Part shown: positions 34,806 to 44,282 of the stretch, one piece after another
Position numbering within the stretch: the first letter of the stretch is position 1
Layout of the letters: each line of letters starts with the position of its first letter
From: Vulcanimicrobiota bacterium
GTDB taxonomy: Bacteria > Vulcanimicrobiota > Vulcanimicrobiia > Eremiobacterales > Eremiobacteraceae
Direction: 5' to 3'
DNA length: 64,000 nt
NCBI GenBank assembly: GCA_963812135.1
Contig: CAWETU010000001.1
Location: 1,632,001-1,696,000 of the forward strand
Notes under the pieces: generated by a model
What the model was told of the DNA's origin: nothing
What the model saw: only the letters and a program-made list of their open reading frames with translations
Databases searched by the model: none
Made by a program: the position numbers and the translations under genes

Positions 34806-37800
34806 GCGGCGCCCTCCCAGACATTGTCCGTGCCGAACAGTTTGGCAAGCTCTGCCCGCAGCTCGCCGGTGATCCGCAGCTTGCGCGCCAGCGCGCGGCT
34901 GCCGTTCTGCGTCGGTGCGTGCAGCACGATGCGTCCGTCGCCCAGTCCGGCGGCGAGCACCATGTCGCGCAGTCGGCTAAGGCGCGTCGCGTCATCTTCG
35001 TCGCCGAGCATGCGGATGTGGATGGCGAGCTCTGCATCCGCGCTTCGCTCGGGTACTATATTTGCTTCGGAGCTTCGCTCGGGTACTACGATCCTATCTG
35101 GGGTTATGATGCGGGCCTTCTCCAGCGGCCACGCTTCGTTGGCCTGCACGCTCAGCTCGGGCCGCTCTTCTTCTCCGCTGTCCTCGCCCGAGACGACGAT
35201 GGCGGGTTTGCCGGGCACGCGCCGCTCCTTGACGCGGCCTTTGATGACCACGATCGAGTCTGTGACGAGCAGCGGCGCAAGCTCCGCATACCACTTCGGG
35301 AACGCGATCGTCTCGATCGAACCGCTTTGATCCTCAAGCCGGGCGATGAGCATTTGGTCCCCGGCCTTGGTGATCACTCGCCGCGCCGCCGTGATGACGC
35401 CGCCTACCCACACCATCTCATCTTCACCCGTCTCGCGCAAGGCGGCGATCGTCGATGTCGTGCGTCGCGCCAGGTCGCGCGCCTTGTCAGCGAGCGGATG
35501 GCCCGAGATGTACACGCCGATCGCTTCCTTCTCTTGGGCGAGCCGTTGCGACGGCGTCGCTTCGGCGACCAGCGGAAGCGCCGGCGGGGGCATGTGCGAC
35601 TCGCCGTCGCCGCCGAACAGCGATGTCTGGCCTAGGTCGCGCTCCTGTGCGAGCTGCTGTCCGTAGTCGAGCGCGTTGTCGAGCCCGGCGAGCAGCGCAG
35701 CGCGACCCCCGAATGCGTCGAGCGCGCCGGCCTTGATGAGCGATTCGAGCACGCGCCGGTTCACCTGGCGGCCGTCCACCCGCGAGCAGAGCTCCGCGAG
35801 CGACTCGAACGGTTTTTCTTGGCGTTTGGCGATGAGCTCAGCGATGGCACCCTCGCCGACGTTGCGCACCGCACCGAGGCCGAACCTGATGGCTCCGTCG
35901 CTCACCGTGAAATCGGTCCCCGACACGTTGACGTCGGGCGGCCTGATCGGCAGTTTCATGAGCGAGCACTCAGCGAGGTACTCGGCGACTTTGTCGGCGT
36001 TGTTCTTGAGCGACGATAGCAGCGCGGCCATGAATGCGAGCGGGTAGTTCGCTTTGAGCCATGCCGTGCGATAGGCGAGCAAGCCATAGCAGACAGAATG
36101 CGCCTTGTTGAAGCCGTAGCCGGCGAACGGCTCGATGAACTGCCAGATCTTCGTCGCGAGCTGCTCGTCGATGCCGTTGCGCACGCAGCCGTCGATGAAC
36201 TTGGCGCGCTCGGCCGGGATCTTCTCTTTGATCTTCTTGCCGATGACCTTACGCATCTCGTCCGCCTGCGCGACCGTGTGACCCGCAAGATCGCGGCAGA
36301 TTTGCATCGCCTGCTCTTGATACACTGCGATGCCGTAGGTCTCGGTCAGGATCGGCTCGAGCTTCGGATGCAGGTACGTGATCTTGCGCCGCCCATGCTT
36401 GCCGGCGATGAAATCGTTGATCCAGTCCATCGGGCCGGGCCGATACAGCGCCACCATCGCGATGACGTCTTCGATGCACGTGGGCTTCAACTCGGCGATG
36501 TAACGCCGCATGCCGGCGCTTTCGAGCTGGAAGATGCCGGTGGTATGGCCGGACGAGAGCGCTGCGTACGTCAGCTGGTCGTCAAGCGGGATGTCCTCGA
36601 TTGCAAACGCAGGATCGGCGGTCCGCCGGATCTCTTGCGTCGCGCGCTCGATGACCGTCAGCGTCCGCAGCCCGAGGAAGTCCATCTTGAGCAGGCCGAC
36701 TTTTTCGACCCAGTCCATCGAGTACTGCGTGTTGACGTCATCGTCGCCAAGCTTGACAAGCGGTGCATATTCCGTGATGGGGCCGGGTGCGATCACGACG
36801 CCGGCCGCGTGGGTCGACGCGTGCCGCGCCAGACCTTCGACGCGCATCGCGGTATCGAGCAGCTCGTGCGCGCGCGGGTCGCGGTAGTAGATCGCGTTGA
36901 GCTCCGGCACGCTGTCGATCGCTTGACGGATCGACACCGGGTTAGTCGGCACGTTCGGGATCAGCTTGGCGATGCGATCGACGTCCGCGAGCGGATGGCT
37001 CATCACGCGTCCGACATCGCGCACAGCGGCGCGCGCCGCCATCGTGCCGAAAGTGACGATCTGCGAGACGCGATCCGCGCCGTATTTCTGGCGCACGTAG
37101 TCGATGACTTCATCGCGTCGCTCGAAACAGAAGTCGGTGTCGATGTCCGGCATCGAGATGCGCTCGGGGTTGAGGAAACGCTCGAAGAACAGGTTGTAGC
37201 GCAGCGGGTCGACGTCCGAGATGCGCAGCGCGTAGGCGACGATGCTGCCGGCGGCCGAGCCGCGTCCCGGACCGACGGGTATCCCCTTCTCACGGGCATA
37301 GCGTATGAAATCCCATACTATAAGGAAGTAGGACGAATAGCCCATGCGCGTGATGACTCCCAGCTCGTACTCCAGCCGCTCGAGCTGTTCTGGGGTCGGC
37401 GTGCCGTAGCGCTCGCGCAGACCCGTCATGCACAGGGAGTGCAGGTACGCGGTTTCGCCGCCTTCGTGCTCGGGGACCGGGAACGTCGGCAGCGCGAAGG
37501 ACTTCGATTCGAGGTCCAACTCGACCATCTGGGCGATGTCCAGCGAGGCGTCGCAGGCGTCGGGCGTCTCGGCGAACAGCTCGCGCATCTGGTCGGCGGT
37601 CTTGAAATGGAAGTCATCGCCTTCGAAACGCAATCGATCGTTGTCCGACACCAGCTTGCCGGTGCCGATGCAGAGCAGCACGTCGTGCGCGGCGGCGTCA
37701 TCGCGCGCGAGGTAGTGCGAGTCGTTGGTGGCCACCGCGCGGACGCCGGTCTCCTTGGAGAGCGTGATCAGCTGCGCGCGCACTTTGTCTTCGGCCGCCA

Positions 37801-38329
37801 TGTGATGGTGATGCAGCTCGAGGAAATACCGGTCGCCGAAAATGGCGCGGTAATCGCGCACGAGCGCGCGCGCACCGGCCACGTCATCATGCAGCAGCGC
37901 CTGCTGCACCCCGCCACCAAGGCAGCCGGATAGCACGACAAGCCCCTCGCTGTGGGCCGCGAGCAACTCGAGGTCGACGCGCGGCTTATAATAGTAGCCC
38001 TCGAGGAAGCCGGCCGACACGAGCTTCAAGAGATTCTGGTAGCCGGGGCGGTTTATCGCGAGGACGGTGAGATGATATTCGTCGCGCGCACTGCGATCGA
38101 GGCGTCCGCGCGGCGCGACGTACATCTCGCAGCCGATGATCGGCTTGATGCCTTTGGATCTGGCGGCGAAATAGAACTCGAGCGCGCCGTAGAGCACGCC
38201 GTGATCGGTCAGCGCCAGGGCAGGCATCTCGGTTTCGGCAGCGGCCGAGACGAGGTCGCCCACGCGGCAGGCGCCGTCGAGCAGCGAGTACTCGCTGTGC
38301 ACGTGCAGATGGACGAAGCTTTTGCTCAT
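34802..38329 (-). CDS. dnaE: DNA polymerase III alpha subunit
   Basis: PHP motif HLHVHSEYSLLDG, GRGSAAGS, PDIDTDF, YGFNKAH, clamp-binding QTSLF, OB fold. Confidence 0.98.
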   Translation of the reverse strand: MSKSFVHLHVHSEYSLLDGACRVGDLVSAAAETEMPALALTDHGVLYGALEFYFAARSKGIKPIIGCEMYVAPRGRLDRSARDEYHLTVLAINRPGYQNLLKLVSAGFLEGYYYKPRVDLELLAAHSEGLVVLSGCLGGGVQQALLHDDVAGARALVRDYRAIFGDRYFLELHHHHMAAEDKVRAQLITLSKETGVRAVATNDSHYLARDDAAAHDVLLCIGTGKLVSDNDRLRFEGDDFHFKTADQMRELFAETPDACDASLDIAQMVELDLESKSFALPTFPVPEHEGGETAYLHSLCMTGLRERYGTPTPEQLERLEYELGVITRMGYSSYFLIVWDFIRYAREKGIPVGPGRGSAAGSIVAYALRISDVDPLRYNLFFERFLNPERISMPDIDTDFCFERRDEVIDYVRQKYGADRVSQIVTFGTMAARAAVRDVGRVMSHPLADVDRIAKLIPNVPTNPVSIRQAIDSVPELNAIYYRDPRAHELLDTAMRVEGLARHASTHAAGVVIAPGPITEYAPLVKLGDDDVNTQYSMDWVEKVGLLKMDFLGLRTLTVIERATQEIRRTADPAFAIEDIPLDDQLTYAALSSGHTTGIFQLESAGMRRYIAELKPTCIEDVIAMVALYRPGPMDWINDFIAGKHGRRKITYLHPKLEPILTETYGIAVYQEQAMQICRDLAGHTVAQADEMRKVIGKKIKEKIPAERAKFIDGCVRNGIDEQLATKIWQFIEPFAGYGFNKAHSVCYGLLAYRTAWLKANYPLAFMAALLSSLKNNADKVAEYLAECSLMKLPIRPPDVNVSGTDFTVSDGAIRFGLGAVRNVGEGAIAELIAKRQEKPFESLAELCSRVDGRQVNRRVLESLIKAGALDAFGGRAALLAGLDNALDYGQQLAQERDLGQTSLFGGDGESHMPPPALPLVAEATPSQRLAQEKEAIGVYISGHPLADKARDLARRTTSTIAALRETGEDEMVWVGGVITAARRVITKAGDQMLIARLEDQSGSIETIAFPKWYAELAPLLVTDSIVVIKGRVKERRVPGKPAIVVSGEDSGEEERPELSVQANEAWPLEKARIITPDRIVVPERSSEANIVPERSADAELAIHIRMLGDEDDATRLSRLRDMVLAAGLGDGRIVLHAPTQNGSRALARKLRITGELRAELAKLFGTDNVWEGAA
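35042..35089. repeat. Two tandem REP family B-derived units inside dnaE
   Basis: GCTTCGCTCGGGTACTA at 35042 and 35072 (30-bp period); matches GCTTCGCTCGGGTCCTA at 24739. Confidence 0.75.
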
Positions 38330-38340
38330 GCGACCCTAGG

Positions 38341-38354
38341 CAAACACATGTTCG
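38341..38354 (-). promoter_or_regulatory. Gram-positive-type LexA (SOS) box upstream of dnaE
   Basis: CGAACATGTGTTTG fits CGAACRNRYGTTYG at every position, 11 nt upstream of the dnaE ATG. Confidence 0.7.
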
Positions 38355-38409
38355 CTGGTCTATTTCATCGTCCGGGGAGCGCGACCTTGTGGACGGATTG
38401 TGAGCGGAC

Positions 38410-38566
38410 TGCGAACTGGCGCGGATTCCTGTGGACAGGGGCCCGTCCTTGCGCGCGGAGGTCGCACCTCAGTTTCGGGGAAACCGCGCCACGAACCGTG
38501 GGCCCGGTTGGTCGACCCGCAGGTTCGCACGCTTTCTTTCGTTTCTATCTCTAATGGAGGTGCGAC
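38410..38566 (+). promoter_or_regulatory. Structured 5' leader (candidate riboswitch/attenuator) of the OFA transporter
   Basis: Several long complementary segments, a terminator-like hairpin with a U-rich tail, and a 10-nt anti-SD (see findings). Confidence 0.45.
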
Positions 38567-39892
38567 GTGACGAATCGTTGGGCTATCGCCCTCGCAGGCG
38601 TCGTTGTGATGATGTGCCTGGGCACGGTCTACTCGTGGAGTCTCTTCACCCAGCCGCTCATCGCAAGCTTCGGCTGGAATTCGCAAACCACGGCTATCAC
38701 ATTCGAACTCGCGATCTTCTTCCTCGGTGTGGGCGCCGTCATCGGCGGACGCTGGCAAGACACCGTCGGTCCGCGGCGCGTCATCATGACGGGCGTCGCG
38801 TTATGGGGTATCGGCCTACTGCTCGCCGGCCTCGGTACCTCTCACTTCGGAAGCTGGTGGATCTGGCTCACGTACGGGGTTCTCGGCGGCCTAGGACTGG
38901 GAATGGGCTACATCACGCCCGTCGCCGTGGTGACCAAATGGTTTCCCGATATGCGCGGCGTGGGCAGCGGCATGGTGGTCATGGGCTTCGGGCTCGGCGC
39001 CTTCGTCTATAACCAGATAGTGCCGCGCTTGCCGGCGTTCGCAGCCGCGGCGAAGCAGGCAGGGGCGTACGCAAAAGCGCGCGCTGACGCCATCGCGGCG
39101 CACACGACCTTCGATCCGACCCAATATGCGATGACGCCTGAAAACGTTCAAGCCATTATGACGACCTTTCTCGTGTCCGGCGTCGTCTTTCTGGTCATCG
39201 GCTTGCTGTGCGGCTGGTTCGTCAACAATCCGCCGGCAGGCTACACGGTGCCGGGCGCCGTCGCTGCGGCTGCGTCCGCGGCCCGCTCGTTCTCACCGGG
39301 GGAGATGTTCGGAACGATCCAGTTCTATCTGCTCTGGTTGATGCTGTTCCTCAACGTGACCGCCGGCATCATGGTGATCAGCGTCGCGGTGCCTGCGTTC
39401 AGCGAGCTCACAGGCGTCACGCCCAAAGAGGCGGGCGTCATCTACGGATTCCTCGCGGTGTTCAACGGCCTGGGTCGATTCTTCTGGGGTTCTGTGTCCG
39501 ATCGAATCGGGCGCAATGCCGCGTATTTCCTCATCTTCGGCATCCAAGCAGTCATCTTCTATCTGCTTGGCGGCTTCCACAGCGTGTTCTTGGTGGGCGT
39601 CGCCTTCGCGATCATCCTGCTCTGCTATGGCGGCGGCTTCGGCACAATGCCATCGTTCAACGCGGACTACTTCGGCACGAAGTTCCTCGGCGTGAACTAC
39701 GGCTGGATCCTCACCGCGTGGGGCGTGGCCGGCGTGGTGGGACCGTACATCGCGGCGCGCGTGAAGGACTTCAGCGGTTCGTACGTCGGCGCGTTCACGC
39801 CGATCGCGATCATGCTGACGGTCGCGGCGATTCTCCCCCTGATCACACGCAAACCCAAAACAGCTGCGGCTCCCGCGGCGCAGCCCGCGTAA
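38567..39892 (+). CDS. OFA-family (oxalate:formate antiporter-like) MFS transporter
   Basis: LGTVYSWSLF, GGRWQD..GPR, KWFPD.RG..SG, FNGLGRFFWG.VSDRIGR and NYGWILTAWG; GGAGG RBS. Confidence 0.92.
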   Translation: MTNRWAIALAGVVVMMCLGTVYSWSLFTQPLIASFGWNSQTTAITFELAIFFLGVGAVIGGRWQDTVGPRRVIMTGVALWGIGLLLAGLGTSHFGSWWIWLTYGVLGGLGLGMGYITPVAVVTKWFPDMRGVGSGMVVMGFGLGAFVYNQIVPRLPAFAAAAKQAGAYAKARADAIAAHTTFDPTQYAMTPENVQAIMTTFLVSGVVFLVIGLLCGWFVNNPPAGYTVPGAVAAAASAARSFSPGEMFGTIQFYLLWLMLFLNVTAGIMVISVAVPAFSELTGVTPKEAGVIYGFLAVFNGLGRFFWGSVSDRIGRNAAYFLIFGIQAVIFYLLGGFHSVFLVGVAFAIILLCYGGGFGTMPSFNADYFGTKFLGVNYGWILTAWGVAGVVGPYIAARVKDFSGSYVGAFTPIAIMLTVAAILPLITRKPKTAAAPAAQPA

Positions 39893-39928
39893 CGCGCTGC
39901 GCTTCGGCGCCGGCTTGACCTGGGCAGA

Positions 39929-39961
39929 ACGGGGCGCGACGGAAGTCGCGCCTCGTCTCTT
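39929..39961 (+). terminator. Intrinsic terminator after the OFA transporter
   Basis: ACGGGGCGCGAC-GGAA-GTCGCGCCTCGT followed by CTCTT. Confidence 0.6.
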
Positions 39962-40005
39962 GCGTACCGCAGGAAGGTCCACGCGACCGGGGTAAGCCCC
40001 TCATA

Positions 40006-41604
40006 ATGGCATTGCTTGCGGGCACCTCGATCGGACTAGAATCTTTCGGCATCGGCCCCGTCTCCGGCGCCGATTTCAACATGAGCGTTCCGGCCCTGTT
40101 CGAAGAGGCGATCCGGCGCGGCGAAGGGCTAGCAGCGGTGGCAGGACCCATCGTGGTCCGGACAGGCAAGCACACCGGCCGGTCTCCGCAAGACAAGTTC
40201 TTCGTCAAAGAACCCGCCAGCGAAGCCCATATCGACTGGGGCAAGACCAACAAGCCGTTCGACCAGCAGCGTTTTGAAGCGCTTCTCGGACACGTCGACG
40301 CCTATTTGCGCGACCAACACGTGTTCGTCACGGACGCGTTCGCCGGGGCGGATCCCGACTATCGGCTGCCGGTCCGCGTCGTGACCACGCAGGCGTGGCA
40401 GGCGCTGTTCGCGCGCCACTTGTTCATCGATCCTACCCCAGCGCAGCTCGCCCGCTTCGCGCCTGAGTTCGCGATCGTGGACGTAGCGGAGTTCTTAGCG
40501 TCGCCCGAGCGCGACGGCACGCGCAGCGAGACCTTCATCATCATCGACTTCAGCCGTCGCATCGTGCTGATCGGCGGCACGACGTATGCGGGCGAGATCA
40601 AAAAATCGGTCTTCACCCTGATGAACTACTTGCTTCCCTTGCAAGACGTCATGCCGATGCACTGCTCGGCCAACGTCGGCGCAGCCGGCGATGTCGCGGT
40701 CTTCTTCGGCCTTTCGGGCACGGGCAAGACCACGCTGTCGGCAGACCCAAAGCGCGCGTTGATCGGCGACGACGAGCACGGCTGGAGCAGCGCGGGCGTG
40801 TTCAATTTCGAGGGCGGATGCTACGCGAAGGTCATCAACCTCTCGCCGGAGCTTGAACCGCAGATCTATCCGACGACGCGCACCTTCGCCACGGTGCTGG
40901 AGAACGTCGTCATCGATCCAGCGACTCGCGAGCTCGATCTTGCCGACGCCTCGCTCACCGAGAACACGCGCGCGGCCTATCCGCTTACCTCGGTGACGAA
41001 CACGGTGCCATCGGGCCGGGCCGGGCATCCGAAGCACGTCGTCATGCTCACGTGCGATGCGTTCGGCGTCTTGCCGCCCATTTCACGCATGACGGTCCCG
41101 CAGGCGATGTATCACTTCTTGTCAGGCTACACGGCGAAGGTCGCCGGCACCGAAAAAGGCGTGACCGAACCGGAAGCGACGTTCTCGCAGTGTTTCGGCG
41201 CGCCGTTCATGGTGCACCATCCGATGGTGTACGCGAAGCTCCTCGGCGAACGGATCGCGCATCACAAGGTGGACTGCTGGCTGGTCAACACCGGTTGGAG
41301 CGGTGGCCCCTACGGCGTCGGCAAGCGCATGAAGCTGCCGTACACGCGCGCGATGATCGACGCCGCGCTCTCGGGCAAGTTGGCCGATGTCGAATTCGAG
41401 GCGGACCCGATCTTCAAGGTCGCCATTCCGAAGGCCGTGCCCGGCGTGCCTTCTCAGCTGCTGCAGCCGCGCTCGACATGGCACGACAAGGCGGCGTATG
41501 ACGCGAAGGCGCAAGATCTTGCCCGCTTGTTCACGGAAAACTTCAAGCGCTTCGAGGACACGGCAACACCCGAAGTACGCGCCGCTGGTCCCAGCGCGAG
41601 TTAG
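40006..41604 (+). CDS. pckA: Phosphoenolpyruvate carboxykinase (ATP)
   Basis: TGRSPQDK, YAGEIKKS, GLSGTGKTTLS, LIGDDEHGW, NFEGGCYAK and ENTRAAYP. Confidence 0.97.
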   Translation: MALLAGTSIGLESFGIGPVSGADFNMSVPALFEEAIRRGEGLAAVAGPIVVRTGKHTGRSPQDKFFVKEPASEAHIDWGKTNKPFDQQRFEALLGHVDAYLRDQHVFVTDAFAGADPDYRLPVRVVTTQAWQALFARHLFIDPTPAQLARFAPEFAIVDVAEFLASPERDGTRSETFIIIDFSRRIVLIGGTTYAGEIKKSVFTLMNYLLPLQDVMPMHCSANVGAAGDVAVFFGLSGTGKTTLSADPKRALIGDDEHGWSSAGVFNFEGGCYAKVINLSPELEPQIYPTTRTFATVLENVVIDPATRELDLADASLTENTRAAYPLTSVTNTVPSGRAGHPKHVVMLTCDAFGVLPPISRMTVPQAMYHFLSGYTAKVAGTEKGVTEPEATFSQCFGAPFMVHHPMVYAKLLGERIAHHKVDCWLVNTGWSGGPYGVGKRMKLPYTRAMIDAALSGKLADVEFEADPIFKVAIPKAVPGVPSQLLQPRSTWHDKAAYDAKAQDLARLFTENFKRFEDTATPEVRAAGPSAS

Positions 41605-41615
41605 ATCTCCTTCGT

Positions 41616-42320
41616 ATGGATGTCGTCATCATCGGCGGCCCGCACTCGGGCGTCGGCAAGACGCTTGCCGCTGAAGTCGCGCTGCGCGCGCTCGACGGCC
41701 TGGGCTACGGCGCGATCAAGCTGACCGTCGCCGACGGCGAACGAGACCCCGAACACGACCATGGATCGTCCGCGCTCTCCGTCGCGCACGCGGCCGGCAT
41801 CTGCGGCCGGGGCGCTTCGTGCGGCGTCTGCGAGACCGTGTCCGCCAAGCTGCCGAGCCGGCTCATCGTGAGCGAGGGCGCGATCCACAAACGCGGTACC
41901 GACACGTGGCGTCTCGCGAGCGCGGGTGCTATAGCGGTGGCGTGGATCATCGCACTCCGCGAGGCAGCGCCGGCCGCGGTCGAAGCCGCGATGCAGCATC
42001 TGCAATCCAAAGGCGCGCGCGGCGTCGTGATCGAGGGGACGACGGCGCTCGACTGGTTGACCCCGCGGGCTTCCGTGATGGTCGCGACCGACCCCGGGCG
42101 GAAATGGAAAGACGTCGCGTTGCGCCACGTCGGAGATTGCGACATCGTCTTGCGCAACGTCACTCCGATTCCAAGCGGCGATGTCCCCGCGCCCGCCGCG
42201 TTTGCAGCCGCCAGCCCTCGCGTCTGCGACCTCGGCCGCGCCGACGACCCGGGGACGCAGTGGTATTCCGCACGCTTGCGAGAGCTGTGCGCGCCCTTTT
42301 CCGTTAGAGCGAACTCGTAA
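41616..42320 (+). CDS. P-loop NTPase (MobB-like) with Cys/His cluster, function unknown
   Basis: N-terminal GGPHSGVGKT Walker A, EHDH, CGRGASCGVC, GTDTWRL and VVIEG. Confidence 0.7.
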   Translation: MDVVIIGGPHSGVGKTLAAEVALRALDGLGYGAIKLTVADGERDPEHDHGSSALSVAHAAGICGRGASCGVCETVSAKLPSRLIVSEGAIHKRGTDTWRLASAGAIAVAWIIALREAAPAAVEAAMQHLQSKGARGVVIEGTTALDWLTPRASVMVATDPGRKWKDVALRHVGDCDIVLRNVTPIPSGDVPAPAAFAAASPRVCDLGRADDPGTQWYSARLRELCAPFSVRANS

Positions 42321-43089
42321 GCCGGCGGCACAGCTCCATAACGGCTGCAACCGGATCCGCGGCGCCGAACGCTTCCACGAGCGCGCTGCCCACGACAATG
42401 CCGTCGGCGACCTTCGCGATCGCGCGCACGTCCTCGGACGTCGAAACGCCAAACCCGACTACCAACGGTTTATCAATCATCGCGCGCAATTCGTTCAATC
42501 TGCCTGGCAGCGAACGATCGACTCCCGCGTGCGTCCCGGTCACCCCCATTCGGCCAGCGACATACACGAAGCCAGTGGAGGCCGCGGCGATCGCGACTGC
42601 GCGCTTCCTCGGCGTCGTCGGCGCGACCAGAAACGAAAGCGAGAGGCCCTGCGCGGCGAGCGCAGCGGCCAGCGATCCGGCCTCTTCCGGCGGCAGATCC
42701 GGCACGATTGCACCCGCGAACCCGGCTTCGCGCAGATCAGAAGCGCTTCGTGCGAGGCCGCGCGCGTAGAGCGGATTATAGTACGTGAACGCGATTAGCG
42801 GCACACCCGCATCGCACCGTGACGCGATGTCGAGGACCGCGTCGAAGGTGGCGCCGTTGTCGAGCGCGCGTTGTGACGAGGCTTGGATGATCGGCCCATC
42901 GGCGAGCGGGTCAGAGTAGGGAAATCCCAGCTCGATAAGATCGGCGCCGCCTTCACACGCGGCGCGGACGAGTTCAGGCGTCAGCGCGAGACTCGGAAAA
43001 CCGGCGGTCAAGAAGGCGATGAACGCGGGCCGCCGCTGCGCACGGCAGCGCTCGAAAGTCGCTGCGACTGACGAGGCGACGGTCCTCAC
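42304..43089 (-). CDS. trpA: Tryptophan synthase alpha chain
   Basis: [26 protein letters not shown] and GFGVS. Confidence 0.96.
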   Translation of the reverse strand: MRTVASSVAATFERCRAQRRPAFIAFLTAGFPSLALTPELVRAACEGGADLIELGFPYSDPLADGPIIQASSQRALDNGATFDAVLDIASRCDAGVPLIAFTYYNPLYARGLARSASDLREAGFAGAIVPDLPPEEAGSLAAALAAQGLSLSFLVAPTTPRKRAVAIAAASTGFVYVAGRMGVTGTHAGVDRSLPGRLNELRAMIDKPLVVGFGVSTSEDVRAIAKVADGIVVGSALVEAFGAADPVAAVMELCRRLTSSL

Positions 43090-44282
43090 GCCTGCCCCGC
43101 TGTCTCGGCCAGTGCGAAACGCACGGTGTCCTTATCGCCCCGTCCCGAACAGTTCACGAGCACCATCGCGTCTTCGGGAACTTCTCGCGCAAGTTTGCAC
43201 GCGTACGCGACGGCGTGTGCGCTCTCCAACGCCGGCACGATGCCTTCTGTTAGTGCGAGCGTTTCGAAGGCGGCACGCGCCTGAGCGTCGTCGACCGTTA
43301 CGTAGCGTGCTCGGCCGGACGCTTGCAGCGCTGCATGCTGCGGTCCAACGCCGGGGTAGTCCAGCCCGGCGGCGATCGAGTGCGTCGCGCTGATCTGGCC
43401 GTTGCCGTCCTGGAGCACTTTGGTCAGCGCGCCGTGCAGCACGCCGTCGCTGCCGGCAGCCAACGTCGCGGCATGCGCGCCGCCGCACTCGAGCCCGGCG
43501 CCACCCGCTTCTACTCCACACAGCGCGACCTCGGCGTCGCCGAGAAACGCGCTGAATATGCCGAGCGCATTGCTCCCGCCGCCCACACAGGCGACGACGT
43601 GGGTGGGCAGGCGCCCCTCGCGCTCGAGCACCTGTGCACGCGCTTCGTCGCCAATCACACGCACGAACTCGCCTACCAACTGAGGATAGGGGTGCGGACC
43701 GACGGCCGAACCGATCATGTAGAACGTGTCTTGGGCGCTGGCCGCCCAGTCGCGCAGAGCCTCGTTGGTCGCATCTTTCAGCGTGCGAGCTCCGCTGCTC
43801 ACCGCTTCGACCTGCGCGCCGAGGAGCCGCATCAGGTAGACGTTGAGCGATTGGCGCTCGATGTCATCGGAACCCATATAGACGACGACGGGGATCTGGA
43901 GCAAAGCCCCGACGGTCGCGGCCGCGACCCCGTGCTGGCCGGCGCCCGTCTCGGCGATGATGCGCCTGCGGCCCATTCGCTTCGCGAGCAGACCTTGACC
44001 GATCGCGTTGTTGATCTTATGCGCGCCGGTATGGTTGAGATCTTCGCGCTTGAGCACGATCCGCGCGCCGCCGTTGGCGCGAGACAGGTTCTCGCACGGC
44101 GTCAGCGGCGTCGGACGTCCGACGTAGTCGCGCAGCAACCGGCGATACTCGCCCCAGAACTGTTGGTCGGCGAATGCGGTTCGCATCGCATCTTCGAGCT
44201 GGACCAGCGGCTCGACGAGCACTTCAGGCACGAAGCGCCCGCCAAAACGTCCGAAATAGCCGCGCTCGTCAGGCTTGTACAC
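43086..44282 (-). CDS. trpB: Tryptophan synthase beta chain
   Basis: [30 protein letters not shown] and [10 protein letters not shown]; start taken at GTG 44282. Confidence 0.97.
   Translation of the reverse strand: MYKPDERGYFGRFGGRFVPEVLVEPLVQLEDAMRTAFADQQFWGEYRRLLRDYVGRPTPLTPCENLSRANGGARIVLKREDLNHTGAHKINNAIGQGLLAKRMGRRRIIAETGAGQHGVAAATVGALLQIPVVVYMGSDDIERQSLNVYLMRLLGAQVEAVSSGARTLKDATNEALRDWAASAQDTFYMIGSAVGPHPYPQLVGEFVRVIGDEARAQVLEREGRLPTHVVACVGGGSNALGIFSAFLGDAEVALCGVEAGGAGLECGGAHAATLAAGSDGVLHGALTKVLQDGNGQISATHSIAAGLDYPGVGPQHAALQASGRARYVTVDDAQARAAFETLALTEGIVPALESAHAVAYACKLAREVPEDAMVLVNCSGRGDKDTVRFALAETAGQA

Noticed and set aside
11544..35089. CRISPR array from the 21-30 bp repeats
   Set aside because: Repeats are dispersed or only two or three units long, have no unique spacers of CRISPR length, and no cas genes are present.
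34802..38329. Intein in DnaE, or error-prone DnaE2 cassette
   Set aside because: Length is normal (1175 aa), no splicing motifs were seen, the PHP and clamp motifs are intact, and imuA/imuB are not adjacent.
38416..38432. Sigma-54 promoter (CTGGCGCG...)
   Set aside because: No TGC at the required -12 spacing.
38387..38438. lac-operator-like TTGTGAGCGGA and weak DnaA-like boxes (TGTGGACGG, TGTGGACAG)
   Set aside because: Half-site only and 6-7 of 9 matches. The imperfect 11-bp direct repeat could be an operator but cannot be supported from sequence alone.
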